The notes under the pieces were generated by a model, which ran no database searches, had not been told where the DNA came from, and was given only the letters and a program-made list of their open reading frames with translations. A DNA stretch of 63,112 nucleotides, counting the filler, from Moniliella sp. 'wahieum' (taxonomy: Eukaryota): assembly GCA_003971905.1 (NCBI GenBank). It is 4 parts of 4 records of this genome, joined end to end, with 100 filler letters (N's around TTAATTAATTAA, not from the genome) between each part and the next. Parts side by side here need not be neighbours in the genome. Positions count along the whole stretch, not along the records: positions 34,026 to 51,825 come from RSEE01000213.1; 3 more parts are not named here. One strand, given 5' to 3'. Shown here piece after piece: positions 34,591 to 47,960 of this stretch. Both the position numbers and the translations under genes were made by a program. The first letter of the stretch is position 1; every line of letters starts with the position of its first letter.

Positions 34591-37500
34591 TTACGCGTCG
34601 GTGGACGGGGTGGGCTTGGCGTCAGGCACGGCCGTGATGGCGGTAGCGTGAGCAGGCGGATCATGAGCAGCTTGTGCCAAACGGAAGAGATGATCAAACT
34701 CGCCACTCCGCTGAGCCAAATCATAAAACGACGAAGTAGGATCTTGCAACAGATCATACGGTGACGCGTACTCGAGAACCTTGCCCTTATCCAGTACGAG
34801 CACCTTGGAGTAATCCGCAATGGTACGAAGCCGGTGCGCGACAGTCAAGAGTGTTGCGCCACCTAACTCGGTACGTATCGTCTCTTGCAACTGCGCATCC
34901 GTCTCAGCGTCCAAACTTGCTGTGCTCTCGTCCAGAATAAGAATACGCGAGTCACGTAACTTGAGCAAGCCTCGTGTCAAAGCAAGTAGTTGCCGTTGGC
35001 CCTGCGAAAAGTTCGTCCCCCTGCTGCACTGCCATGTCCAAACTCCGAATCGTCACTACACCCCCAGCTTCGCTGTCGTCCGCCCCATCTTGGTCGGTTG
35101 TGGCAGTGTGAGCCTCGGTCTCAGGTTCGGCCTGGGCGGCCGCGGCAACCGACGCTGGTGACGACGTGGCAGCGACCACTTCGGCGTGGCTGACGAGGCG
35201 ACAACGTTCCAGTGCGTTCCAGAGCTCGAGATCGTCGTACTCGTTAAAGGGATCCAAATTGGACCGAACAGTGCCTTGGAAGATATCGGCTTGTTGCGGG
35301 ATGATGGTGAGACGTTTGCGCAGCGTAGCCAAGGGCACTTGCGCAATGTCCACCCCGTCAATTAGGATCCGACCTTGTTCCGCTTCGAGGAACGGAAGAG
35401 AGTGAGCAGGAGGGACGATTTGCCCGACCCTGTGCGCCCGCAAATGCCCACTTTCTCCCCGGCCTTGATGGTGAGACTAACGTCCGACAAGACGGGTGGG
35501 AACTCGGGGCTGTACCGCGCACCCAGGTGGTCAATCACAATGTCGCCTTTATCGCTAGGCCAGTAAGCCGGTGGCTCGGTGCCCTGCAACCGCTCCGAAG
35601 GTAGGTCGAGGTACTCGTCGATCCGCTCCAGCGACGATAAGTTGATCTCGCACATTGAGTACACACGTACGACCACAGCACGCAGTTGACCAGCATGATA
35701 GCGTAGGAGAGGATGAACCCGGCCAGGGCAGCGTCCATGTCGTCAGCGAGAATGAGGTAGATGGAGAGGACGAGCGTGATGAAGGCGGCCAAAGCGTCGA
35801 CGCGTAATTGTAACCACCGATTGGCGAGCCAAAGTGCGTAAAACGGTCGATTGGCACGGTCAATAAGTCGAATGCAGTGGCGTGTGAACCGGCCTGCATC
35901 GCCATACGCTCGAATCAACACGTTGCCCGATAAGATTTCGCCAATGAGCGTGTAGATGGGCGACCGTTGGACCGATTCCAGTCGCTTAAGGTCGCGCGAA
36001 CTGGTCAGGTACAGTGCGCCAATCCACCCGTACCCCAGGAAGACAAAGATTGTCAGTCCGGCAAACGACGGAACGCCCCAAGCGACAATGGCCAGGATGG
36101 CCATTGTCTGGATCACCATGTCGGCCAAAAACATCAAGTCGGCCGCACAGTCTTGGTCCACACCTTCCAAATCTTTGCTCATCCGGTTCATAATCCGTCC
36201 CACGGGCGTACGGTCAAAGAAACCTGGTTGTCGCATCCAAAATGGCCTGCAACAGACGCCGGTAAATCCGCCCAGACGCCACCACCGACCCAGACAGCGC
36301 GACCAACTGCTTCACTCCGTCCAGCACAATGTACAGCAACGATAGCCCCGCGTACACCACCAGGTACCGCGTCGACTCGTCCATCCGGCTCCAGCCCCAG
36401 GAAGAAGACGTTGCCATGGCCGTCGTCATATTGGTCGTCATCGTCGTCGCCATGTTGGTCGCCATGTTGGTCGGTGTCAGGGCCACCGCTGGCGCAGGGT
36501 AGACGCCCGAGGTGGAAGCCCCAGCAACGGGGGTCCAAGGCGCAACGAAAAAGTTCATTATTGGGTTGACAGATGTTGCCGATGCGGATGCGGATGCGAG
36601 GGACGAAGCGGGAGTCTGTTGAGCCAAGTCGTCGCGCGACGCCCACTTCTTCAACCAGGCCGTAGCGGCAATGTTAGCGCCCTGAGCAGCAAAGTAAAGG
36701 ACAAACACAGTTCCCCACAAGAGGGCTACCAGTGTCGGGTGACTACCAAAGTTGGCAAAGTAAAGCCAGTACGACCGCATCGACACGGCACCTTTGGCAA
36801 TCGTTTCGTCCTGTTGAAACTGGGCTTTCTATCCAACTTTTTCTTGAGTTCCGCTGCTTCTTGTCGACGCTGCCCTTCGTCCAGCTCTTCAATCGTCGGT
36901 GGGAACTGGTTCAGGTGCTGCACATCTTCCTTGACCAGCTGCTGGATCTCCGAGCGGAACAGACCCGAGGCCAATACTTCGTCGGGCGTGCCTTGCGTCA
37001 CCACCTTACCCGCTTCCAGGGCCACGACGAGCGCTGCGCCCGGGAGCGTGAGCGCGACAGCGTGCGTGACCATGACGATCGTACGGCCTTGCACGAGCGG
37101 ACCACGCAGGTAGTGGCGGTATAAATGTATTCGCTGGTGGATGCGTCGAGGGCAGACAAGGCATCGTCAATCAACAGTACCCGTGCAGTCGAGTACAAGC
37201 ACCTAGCCAAAGCGATCCGAGCCTTTTGTCCACCCGATAACGCTGTACCCTTCTCGCCCACCTCTGTCTCGTCGTGGTACTCTAAAATCTTCAGGTCCGT
37301 CTCCAATGCGCACGCACGCAGCACGGCCTTGTACCGCGCCGCATCGTACGGCAGCCCAAACAAAATGTTCTCCTTAACGGACGTGCCGAGCAACCAGGGC
37401 GTCTGCGTCGCATACGCCACCGTATCCGATAACCCATCCGCTTCGATCGGGACCAAGGCTCGCGCAATCGGCGCAGGCAAGTACGTTTGGCCCGCTAGCC

Positions 37501-40500
37501 GACGCGTTTCGCCCAACAAGGATAAGAGTAACGACGATTTCCCCGAACCCACAGGACCAACCACAATCGACAGCCGGGCGGGAAACTGATCGTCAAATCC
37601 TTTAGCTGGAACACACTCGAATCCGAAGCAGCCGCAGCGTCCGTCGAGTAGGTAAAGCTCGCGTTGCGGAAGCCGACATAGGGACGCTCGGCACCAGCAC
37701 GGCCGGGCAGGGCCAAGCGGTCGCTCAGGGACGTGGTGGGATCCAGGGCGTCCAAGTCCGTGTCCGAGTCATTTCATTGTCCTCGCCATCAGGGAAGAGG
37801 AGCTGGTCGTACTTGGTCGTCTCTTCTTCGCCCAGGTACTCGTTAATACGCCGCACCGACACCAGCGCGCCCAACACTGACGGCAGTTGGTTCGGAATGG
37901 TTTCCAGGCCATCTTTGAGCAACTGTGAGGCAAGAGAAAAAAGCAAAACAAAAAGTAGAGCGTTCGGAAGGGTTAGTGGGCTGCTTCGTTTGTTCTCTTC
38001 GTCTTTCGTTTCTCGTTTCTCGTTTCGCGTCGCGCTGCCGTCCCCCATCCCACCTCCTCCCTCCCCATGCCTCGTCTCCCCACGGACCGGAGATCCAAGG
38101 ACCAGAGAGGAGAACAGAAGGGGAAAGGTGGGGCACCCAACGCGAAACCAGAGAAACGAAAGACAAAACAAGAGAAAAGAAAAGAAAAAGAAAGAGGGAC
38201 CGACCCAACCGGATCAGATCCGACCAGAGGAAGAGTACGTACAGCAAAGTAAGCCAACGAGGCAAACGCGACTTCGGCCGACAAGGGTTGACCAAAGACT
38301 TGGGTGTGAACGGCAAATACAATGACGGTAGTTAGGACGGGTGTGGCGCGGAAACTGACCAGCTGCAGCATCATCAGTACCACTCTCCGACGCAGTACTT
38401 GCAGTTCCACTTTCCGGATTTGGTTGAGCCGTTGCGAGAAGGAGGATTCCCATGCGAAAACTGTACAGTGGGCGGGGGGGAAGGTGCGGGTAGAGTGGCA
38501 TGGGTAAGGTTAGTAGGTATGGTACGGTAGATGGAAAGAAAAAAAAAGGAGAGCTAAGAGGAGGGGGTTAGGAATAAGACTTGGACGTACACTTAACCGT
38601 CTTCATAGCCGCCAAGACTTCAGTAGTCAAGTCAAGACGTTGATCCGTGACAGCCAACAAATCCTTCTGAGCATCCAAGAACCAGGCCGACAAGTAAAAT
38701 TCGAGTGGCATCATGACCACGACCGTCATCAGTCCGACGAGCGCCGACCAACCAATCAGCCGAATCAAAAAGTACAGCGAAAGTACCACCTCCGTCGGAG
38801 CCTGCGGGAAAATGAAGTGCAAGTACGCACATACTTCCGATACTTTGAATACGTCCACACTGATTAGGTTGACTACTTGGCCGTCGGTCGCACGTCCAGT
38901 GGAGGTCTCGTCGGTCTCAGCACCAGTGGGAGTGGTACCGTCGGTAGGCGGGGATCGGCTTGCTCCCCCTCCCCTCAGTGGGCGTCGCATCGTCCGTAGA
39001 AGTCGTAGCGGGGGTGGAGCGGCGCCGCCGAGGGCAGAACGGCGCAGCGCCTTGGTCATAATTTCCGTGATGAGGATAGCGCGAATTTGGCAGCAAATTT
39101 TACGGCCTGTCATGAGCGCTTGGGAGGCCAAGATGGAGAATGTCAAGGAGCCTACAAACATCAGAGCCGCATAGAGCAGACCCATGTGCACGTACACTTC
39201 CCCGTCCTTATCAGGTGAGTAGGTGGGATCGTGGGTCTTGCGGTACCGAAGCTTGATAAAGGCGAGAATGTACTGTGTCCCCAAAGGCGCTGCGATCGAC
39301 GCGAGACCTTGTACGAACGACGTGATGAGTTGGTAGCTCAGCTCGGGCCAAAAGTGTACCAGGAGACGCATGGGCAGGCTCCGTCGCACTTCTGCCCACG
39401 TCCACGCCGATTTAGACGGCGACGGGGAAGAAGACGAAGAAGAAGAAGAAGTATTCTTGGCCGAAGAAGAAGGAGGAAGAAGATGTGGCAAACGACGAAG
39501 AACCAGAAGAAGAACGGAAGTAACTCACCACGGCCGCCGCACCATCTTCAGGCGTCATATCGGGCACCGCTTCAATCGTGTATGCTCACGGAAATGGGCA
39601 GTCAACTCGGGCGTCATAAAGCTAAACAGCAAACGCGAGTACAACGATGCAGTCAGTTCAGGCGAGATGGGCGTGGTCCGTGCACCGGACGCAGTAGCAG
39701 TAGCAACAGCAGAAGCATCTTGCGCGCCGGCACTCTGCCCAGGTACGACCGACTGTTCTAGCAACTGACTCGCACGCAAGATAGCCGTACGCGTGGCTTC
39801 GGCGTCCTCTCAGCCGCCGCATCGTCTTCCTGCTCCAGGTCCAGGTCCAAGTCCAGGTCGACGTTGCGCCGCACGGGGGCGAGCGAACCACGGCGACGCG
39901 GAGTCGGCACAGCCGTACCGGGCAAGCCGTGTTTGCGCTCGGCGCGCATGGTGTGGTAAATGGCGCGCACGTGGTGCGGCAGCGGACTGCGGAAGGGGAA
40001 GAAGAGTGCTGGGATGGCGAGCAGGACAGCAACGGCGAGCTGGACACTGGTCAGGACAACAAATGACTTGTGCTCGCCGTCAGGGTCGTCGTCGCTGGGC
40101 GGAGCAAGGAGGAGGGAACGCAGGTTGATGATGGTGACGACAAGGTAGATCGCTTGGAGGGTACACTTGTGCGCATACAGGCGCGCCGGGGTAGTGAGGG
40201 ACCAGTAGGAGAGGAGGGCAAAGTAGGCCCAGGCCCAGGCCCAGACCAGCTCCCATGTGACAGACGTGCGGGCCGGGACGAGGGCCCAGGCGGCAGTGTG
40301 CAGGCCGACGAGCGTCACGGCACCGACAATGTCGAGGACAGAGCGGAGGAGGTGGAGCGGCGCAGGCGCGCGCGCTCAGCGCGGCAGGCACAGGGTCCTC
40401 GGGCGTGGAGTGGACTTCGTTGAGGATGACGGCGTTTTCCGTGTGGAAGACGAGGCGGGCGGCGCGCGAGGGGCCGGCGGGCGCGGGGGCGCGGCGGGCG

Positions 40501-40817
40501 CGGCGGACGTCGGGGCGGTGGGGGCGGTGGGAGAGGTGAGGCCAGGCACGTGGAGGGTGGAGGCGGCCGGGTCGAGCTGGGCGAGCTGGCGCTCGCGGGC
40601 AGCGCTGGCGGGCGGAGCGGAGGGAGGCGGCGAGGGTGATCAGGAGCGAGACGCCGACGAGGGCGAGCGGGAGCGCCGTGTCGAGCACGCTGGGGGTGGG
40701 GATGGGGGGTTAGTAGAGGAGGGGACGCAGACGGAGGGCGGAGGAGGCGTACCGCTGGCGGAAGCAGGGCCCAAAGTCGGTGCCCTGCCACACAGGGCCA
40801 CAGTGCAGCACACCCAT
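34591..40817 (-). CDS. ABCC/MRP-type full-length ABC transporter (Ybt1/Bpt1-like); 3 introns, frameshifted
   Basis: ATG 40817 MGVLHCGPVW..PCF; NBD1 GPVGSGKSS, LSGGQKAR, LLIDD; TMD2 FFDRTPVGRIMNR, DLKRLESVQRSPIY; NBD2 GRTGSGKSS, FSQGQRQL, ILDESTAS, VAHRL; GT-AG introns at 40752-40690, 38590-38461 and 38242-37923. Confidence 0.95.
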
Positions 40818-42539
40818 GGTGGAGGAGTGTGGGGGCGGCGTGTGTGTGTGCGGGGACCACGGATCCAGAGAAGAACCCCGCCAGGTGGTGGTGGTGGGGG
40901 GGAGGGGGAGGGGGAGGGGGAGGTACTGGTGGAGGTGGTGGAGGTGGTGGTGCTGGTGGGGGAACGTCGCGAGAAGAAGAAAAAGCAGATGGCATCCAAG
41001 CATGGTTTGTTTGGTTTTGCTGTTTGCACTTGGTTTAAACACACCCGCCGTTCGCTCGGCGGCCCCACACAGGCGCGGTGCCGGGGCGTGCACGGCTCGG
41101 GCTGGCACGCGGGGGAGTGGGTGACGCAGCAGCGCTAACCATGTGCCCCGCACGCGGCCAGTGTGCGCCGTGACTCCCCTCGGCTGCCCACCGCTGACGC
41201 TGATTCGATAAGCACGCGTGCTTACGTCAGTACTCCGTGGGTGGCCACGCGTATGGGTAGCGTGTGCGTGGGAGTGTGCCTAGCTTGCCTTGCGGTCGAG
41301 TCACACCCAGTCACGCCCTCCGCCCGACCGCACATTCCTCTGCCGTCTCTCTCTCGGTTGCACATCGTCCATCTGTCCAGGGTGTAACGTTTACCGTGTA
41401 GGAGTCTACCCTTTCAGCCGGGGCTACTTACAACAAGAAGCAGTAGGGTTCTTTTCATCATCGCCCACCCACATCAAGTTGTACTCGAGCAACCAAGAAG
41501 ACAGAGCGCCTCGTTCCCCCACCACGCCATTTTGCTCCACACGCGGAGATGAGACCGATCGCCCGAAGCTGAAGGAGGAGGTGCTGCTGGAGGATGTGGT
41601 TCTAAGCAGAGGTACGGACGGCGATACTATAAGAAAGGCATAGCGCCTTATATCCATAGCCGAGGGTACAGGTACTACGAGGGAGCAGAGCGAGTGTCCA
41701 GGCAGATAGAGCGTGTTGGGGTGATGCATGATGCATGATGCCTACCACGCATAGTGTATGGCGCATCCTCTGGGATCGATTCTGGCTTTCGGATCTCTCT
41801 CCGTCGGTTGAATTGTCATTACCTCAGCTTCCCATTTCTACATCCTGGTCTTTTCAGCCACACTCAACGACTGCCGCTCTCTCTCGAGCCCCATCTCAGC
41901 TCCAATTGAACCCCGTCCAGGCATACGTCTCCCCGTCCCGCTCCCAGCCCAGCCAGGGGGGACAGTTTGGCGCCAGGGCAGACTGAGGCCTCAATCCGAC
42001 GCCTTATCTTGCCGATGAGGGTACGGGGAGCAGAGGGAGCGACTGGGTGGATAAGATAGGTGATGCCTCTATCACGCAGGATGGTAGTTTGGGGTCATCG
42101 CCCTAGCAACCCCACCACACGACCGGGTGCGGACGAGGCGATGAACAACGGGTACCGCCCAAAAAGATGTTAATCTCGCGGTCCGAGAAGAGTGTGCTTT
42201 TCAACACTCAGTACCTCAGTCAGTACACATTCCTGGACCACCTTCTTTTCTCTTCTCTCGCGCTTCCCTTTTCGTGTATGTGGTCGATCTGTTTCTCCGT
42301 CCCCGGAACAATCCTGTGTAGAAAGACCGTAATCAGTGAACATACTGTGGGAGCACATATCCACCACCGCTATTTCTGACTAACACTGCGCTGCAGCTGA
42401 TCACCTCCTACAGGATGCACCATCAGTGCGCCCAAGTCGCATTGTCCAACCAAGACTGAGGAACACTACGATCCTTTACCCCACCTTCCATTCTCGTTCC
42501 TTCCTGTCTTTCCTGTCCAACTCCAGCCACAATTGATTG

Positions 42540-42940
42540 AGTAACGCAGGCAACCTCTCTCCACTTAGCTGTCTCCTCTCTGTCCTCTCCTCTTCTTCAT
42601 CCAACCTCTCGTCCTCCAACTTTCCATCCGCCCAGTTGGGAGAGCTTTTCTTAAGCCGCGTCGGTTCCCCGTACCACAGCATATCGCTTGGGTTCCTTTG
42701 CAGCCATGTCGACAACCGCCCCTGCCTAGCCTCAGATCAGGCAGTGTTCATTGTCCTCCACTTGCTCTATATACCCGTCCCTAAGCCCGGCCGGAGGCTT
42801 CAGACACGTTACTACGGCCCAAGCCGGTGCATAATACGCATTCTTTTTGCCATACGTGCAGCCGCCTTGGCTTCACGCCCGAAGGCTTCTCCTCGTCCGT
42901 AGCTCCGCTCAGAGCCACCAAGTAGCCCAAGCCCGAAACT
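42540..42940. repeat. Dispersed repeat, copy 2 (first copy at about 29480-29790)
   Basis: Shared 41-mer ccggaggcttcagacacgttactacggcccaagccggtgca and similar flanks. Confidence 0.8.
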
Positions 42941-44071
42941 GCCATGTGTCGTCCATCGCCTATGGGATTGTACCCCACAAACCTGCCCCCCCCCTCCCCC
43001 CCCCCTGGCGGGGTCCGCCTGTTACACGGTCGTCGTAATTCAAGTTGCATGGATCGAGCCCACCGCATCCTCGGTACCATCGATCATCCTTCCTATCCCC
43101 TCCCTTTCTCCACCGATCCACTTTTCCTCCCTCACCTCGTTTTGTCCCACAGACCCCAATTGCACTCCACGTCACCTTCTTGCTCTGGCACCGCTCCGCC
43201 TTGTGCCACGGTCACTCTTTGCACCACCGCACCCCTTTGAGCGCCAGTAATGAAGTCCCCATAGGATAGCAGGAATGAAATAACACACCCACATCCACCC
43301 TATCAAGCTTACACTCTAGATCATTGGAGGATCCGAACGGAGCTAGGGGCAGGGCAGAGACGCGTCGGGTGGTCATTCGTGTCTTAGTTGCGAAGATAAA
43401 AGCATTGTAGGGAGTCGGCAGTCTTGTGGCCAGGGTGACGGCAGTGGCGGCCCAAGTGACGCTGCGCGTGGATTGAAGGGACACCGTGTGCGAGTGTGGT
43501 CGTTGGCGTGGCAATGGGGGCACCGCCAGCGAGTACGGGTAGGGGGCATTATAAGGTAGTTTAGTATAGTATTAGGGACGCGTCGAGACGCGACTCTGAG
43601 ATATGCCCGATCGTTGGCGTAGTCTGCGCCACCCGCCCGTCCGTCACGTGCAGGTCGGCGGGTGCGAGCCCCTCTCGCGGACCCAGCAGTATCGCCAGTC
43701 CAGCTCACACCCTCACCGTCAACAACAAGCTAGGTCGTCAGGCAGCCAAAATGGATGAGCTGTACGTGGACGAGCCCCCCCCGCCAATCTGGCCTCGCCC
43801 CCCACCCGCATTCGGACGATCTCTTAAATAGCGGCATGTCACGGTGTGCAACAGGCGCGCAGGCAAATGATCCAGAAAAGATGTCGATCAAGATACCATA
43901 AGCGACGCACAAGGTCGCGCCAGTGCCACTGGGTAAGAATTGTCGAACTCTTTAGCATGTCGGCCAGACAGCACGTTTTGCTGATGGTGGTCAAGAGTCT
44001 ACCGCTCTCGGTGCCTCCCCCACTAGATCCACCTTCAAGAGGGCCATAGCCAACATCATCCAGAGGCGGAC

Positions 44072-44312
44072 AACGCTCAGCACAAGCTATTTGAATGATG
44101 AGGTGCGTTGAGCCAAACCGCTAAACCATCTACTAACAAATAACACATCGTTCAGATCCTGGAGAGCCTGCACCGCATCCGCGCAGGCTAAACAATCCAG
44201 GGTAACGCTCAGCAAAAGCTATTTGAATGAGGTGCGTTAACCCAAACCCCTAAACCATCTAGATACTAACCAACAACACATCGTCCAGTTGCCAGAGAGC
44301 ATGCACCGTATT
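44072..44312 (+). repeat. Tandemly duplicated exon-intron unit (~130 bp x2)
   Basis: aacgctcagca.aagctatttgaatga followed by GTGCGT...TACTAAC...CAG, twice (introns 44103-44155 and 44232-44288). Confidence 0.8.
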
Positions 44313-45228
44313 GATCGAGGCAAAAGGGAAGGCGCGCAATTGCAGCCTTTCAGGCTGATTTCGTGCGTCATAAGTTTCCAGTCTACTTTCGCATCCTCTC
44401 TCACCACTGAAGAGTTCACTGTCGCCAAGGAGCAGCGCATCCGAATCCTGGTACGTACTGGCCCCGCCTTTTCACCCGTTGCTCTCCTCGCAATATATGG
44501 CCACAATAACTTATCTCACCCGTTCTCATCAAAAGTGCTCCTGTTGCTATGTACCGAACGACATTGACTTCCGGATGGAAATGGGACGTGTCTTATAACA
44601 TCACAACTTCCCTGACCCATCTGCCCTGTGCACAGTCTTGCTCAACCGGAGTCTGAACACTTGCAAGCGCTGCAATGACATTTTCAGTGCCATCACTGTC
44701 TCTTTGTCCGATCATAACTACGTCCCCACCCAGTTGTCGTCCAGCAGGTCATCTGACTTTTTTCCCTCATCGTCCCGTCAGCTATCTAGAGCTGGACGAG
44801 TGCACGGGAGAATTTCGTGGCCATTGCAGACACGCATCTTCCGCAAGGTTACCCTGACAATTGTACCGCCTGGCGTGCGACCCGTGTACAATTCACCCAC
44901 CACCGTCATATCGCAGTAACCGGGCATAAATAACAGACGAGGAGGATGCACGGCACATTGAAGGCACTGCAGTCAACCTCTTTGGCCCAGAGGGCACAGA
45001 TGGCGAGGATGACGACCGCACGGGTTAGGGTCTAAAGATTTGGCGGCTATACATTCCAAAGACCACTCAATGGCAAGCCCCCAAGTCTATATGACCCATC
45101 GCAATGCAAAAAAGTACCCTCGAAGACGATTGCACAGCATTCGATGGTGCTAGATTGAGTAGTAGTATAAAATGTAATACCAATAGTAATCCAGGGAGAG
45201 CGAGCATAGGAGGATCAGATTCGTCAGG

Positions 45229-45370
45229 TACGTCGCCCGTGGACACGTCAATGACGTTTCTGACGTTCAAGGGGATGACGTCGAGGACATAACTGACCTG
45301 CAGGGGGATGACATCGAGGACATATCTGACGTTCAGGGTGGTGACATCGACGACGTCACTGACCTGCAAC
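45229..45370 (+). repeat. 33-bp minisatellite encoding an acidic 11-aa repeat (DVQGDDVEDIT / DLQGDDIEDIS / DVQGGDIDDVT)
   Basis: gac(g/c)t(t/g)ca(a/g)gg recurs every 33 bp at 45262, 45295 and 45328. Confidence 0.8.
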
Positions 45371-47269
45371 ACGCTGACAGAATTGCCTCACCCGGGGCAA
45401 ACTACTCCTCTGACATTTTTGAAGGTATTTATACCTTAAACATAAATGATGTCTTTTGGTGATCCGCTGTGCACTAGTCGCATGGTACCATCAGATGTCA
45501 CAGTCGGAGTTAAAACGCGAGGGAGATCAGAGTCGGGACTAGGCCAAGGGATGGAGCAACCGTTCGTGATGATTGTAAGACACAACAGCAGAGCAAATGG
45601 TGCGAAGCAGAAGAAACGAGGGAAGGAACGAGACGCTCAGCACGAGAAAATGGACAATGGAAGCGACATCCGCCAAGCTATGACAGCAGAGTAGCACAGC
45701 ACGCAATTCTTCCGCACAACAATATGCACCTCAGAAGGAAGATGGAACAACAGAGAGGTGGCCACACAGTATCTCCCAGCTGATCAACTCATAGGGGGGA
45801 TCACTAATTCACAGGAAGGGGGAAGAAGATAAGAGAAGTGATGCTGCAGTGCCACTGGTCGCATGTCAAAGTGTAACACGCAACTAATCCACACAATACA
45901 AAGTGTGGTGAGTTCGCCGAGCAATAGCTTCACAATGTCGTTATTTCAGGTTACTGCCTTTTAGAGCCTCATGCACGTGTTTGAAAAACAAGAAGACACC
46001 CAATCCAAAACATAAGAAAGTACGGATTGGCGGTGGAATAGAGCAGAAGGCGGTTGCTAGATCTAGCCACCATGTGGTGCATTATATGTTCATGACAGTT
46101 CGGGCTGCTCATCATTTCGTGGAATCTCGTGAGCATATGAGAAAATGGTGGCTTAAGGCCTCTTTCATTTACTTCACGTCACGACTCGCAACTCCTCGCG
46201 CAGTAGACAAGTGGTTTAGATAAGTTGTGTTTACCCTCTCGTCCACAATCGCGAGAACCCTCAGCATTTGATGGACTTTGGTATGATTAAATGTTCAGTT
46301 AATGCGCGACGCAAGATCAAGACACGTCGTAGCATCCGCTTCTGTACTCAATTTCCTGAAGGGTTAATAACGATTGAATCGATTAAATCGATCGAGTCTG
46401 ATCGATCTTTCATGTTGTCTTGCCTACTTTTTCAGCGCTACATCGCGATTGTAGTAGTTTTATAACAGGCTCCAAATTGGGCGTTGCTTTTCCCTCTGTC
46501 CTAGGGCCCTTCATTTGGATGTGGTCCACAATCTCATCCCAATCCAAAAATTCATTGCATTTGCATGATTCTGAGGCAGATGGAGATGCACGACTTGGGT
46601 CATTCGGATGAATTAAGGGTCTGTTTCAAACCCTCAGTGAAGTCATGTTACGAGTGATTGCACGAATATCGATCGAAACAGACCGTCTGACATGGGAAAA
46701 ATATCTCATAGTGTCTGATTATATCGTTGTTAGTACTTTCTGCACAAAAAGCATTACTGGTGGCAGGATCAAGATACCGTGAACGTAGTAGAAATACAAT
46801 CAGTCTTGATGGCACCTGGCCAAAAAGATAGAACGGTTTCGAGAGGGGGGAAAGCATCAATTTCGGCTCAATGACAGCCATGGGGACACCTTTGGCATGG
46901 CTCTCCATGTCCGACTCTAATTAACAGATCGCCACAATCACCGCGTCTAGAGGGAGTCACCATCATGGCATAGCCCCCATTTGAAACCTCTGTCTGCTTA
47001 TGGACTACCATCTTATATGGGGGAATAGATTGCAAAGATAGATCCTCAAACAGGGAAATTCCAGTTTTGCCACATATGCCCTATCTCCTGTAACAGCCTG
47101 AGCAACGTGGGATGTCGTACTAAAGCCTCAAAACTATAACAACAGCCACCAAATTATACATCTTGTATGAATCGCCTGCAGATACTTCTTTCATGGCCTG
47201 CCAGGGATTTCTGGGAAGGGTGAACCAGAGACATGTGGCTATGTGAAGCGTTTTCGCGCCATATACTTA

Positions 47270-47960
47270 TGGATTGATTGAATCTCTATACCATGCAAAA
47301 ATTACCAACCCTACCGCGGCCGTGCCAAGTGTACCACTTCTGCACCAACAGTTTAGGTCAGCATTTTCCAATGTTTGTGTACGTCTCAGCATGCTAGCGG
47401 TACTGGTCTTCGTCCTTAGAACGAAAGCTGTCCAACTATCGTGCAACTACGTCAGGATATCATCTCCAACACGTTTCTCGCAAGAAAAACTGACCGTTCC
47501 AAGCATCTGATATGCATGATACTCATTTAAGACTTTTGATATGGTCCCGAACGGTGTCGGTCGTCGCATAGTATCCTCACGCCAGGATGACCCATGGATA
47601 TTGTTAACGCAAAAGTCGTTCATTCGTGTTCTTGACATTGGTTATTACAACCATAGAATCATGCGGCTTCTATTGGGGATTCAACCGCGTAACTGTTCCC
47701 GCTTGGACCACCTTCTTGTGCATGAATCACCTCGTTTGCACCCACTCTCCTTAAGGCATTGCCATCTGTATGCAGTTTCAGGTATGTGCTTGATTGTTTT
47801 TTATCATATGATCCACAGACCAAGTGTGACGACATTCCCACCGTCTTCAAAGTGTGTCATGTGCATCATCTTTCAGCAAAGTGTGATGGCCAGACACGGC
47901 CACAGCTGAAGGGAAAGAATTCTATCACTAACGTCGCCGATTGTTGCTTTCTGAAGACTG
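47270..47960 (+). pseudogene. Decayed tyrosine recombinase, DUF3435/Crypton-like
   Basis: QHASGTGLRP* (R at 47411), ARKTD (~47480-47494), DPWILL (~47588), SFR joined across a GTATGT..CAG intron (47782-47818) in frame to PSVTT...ARHGHS (H at 47901); stops and frameshifts present. Confidence 0.4.
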
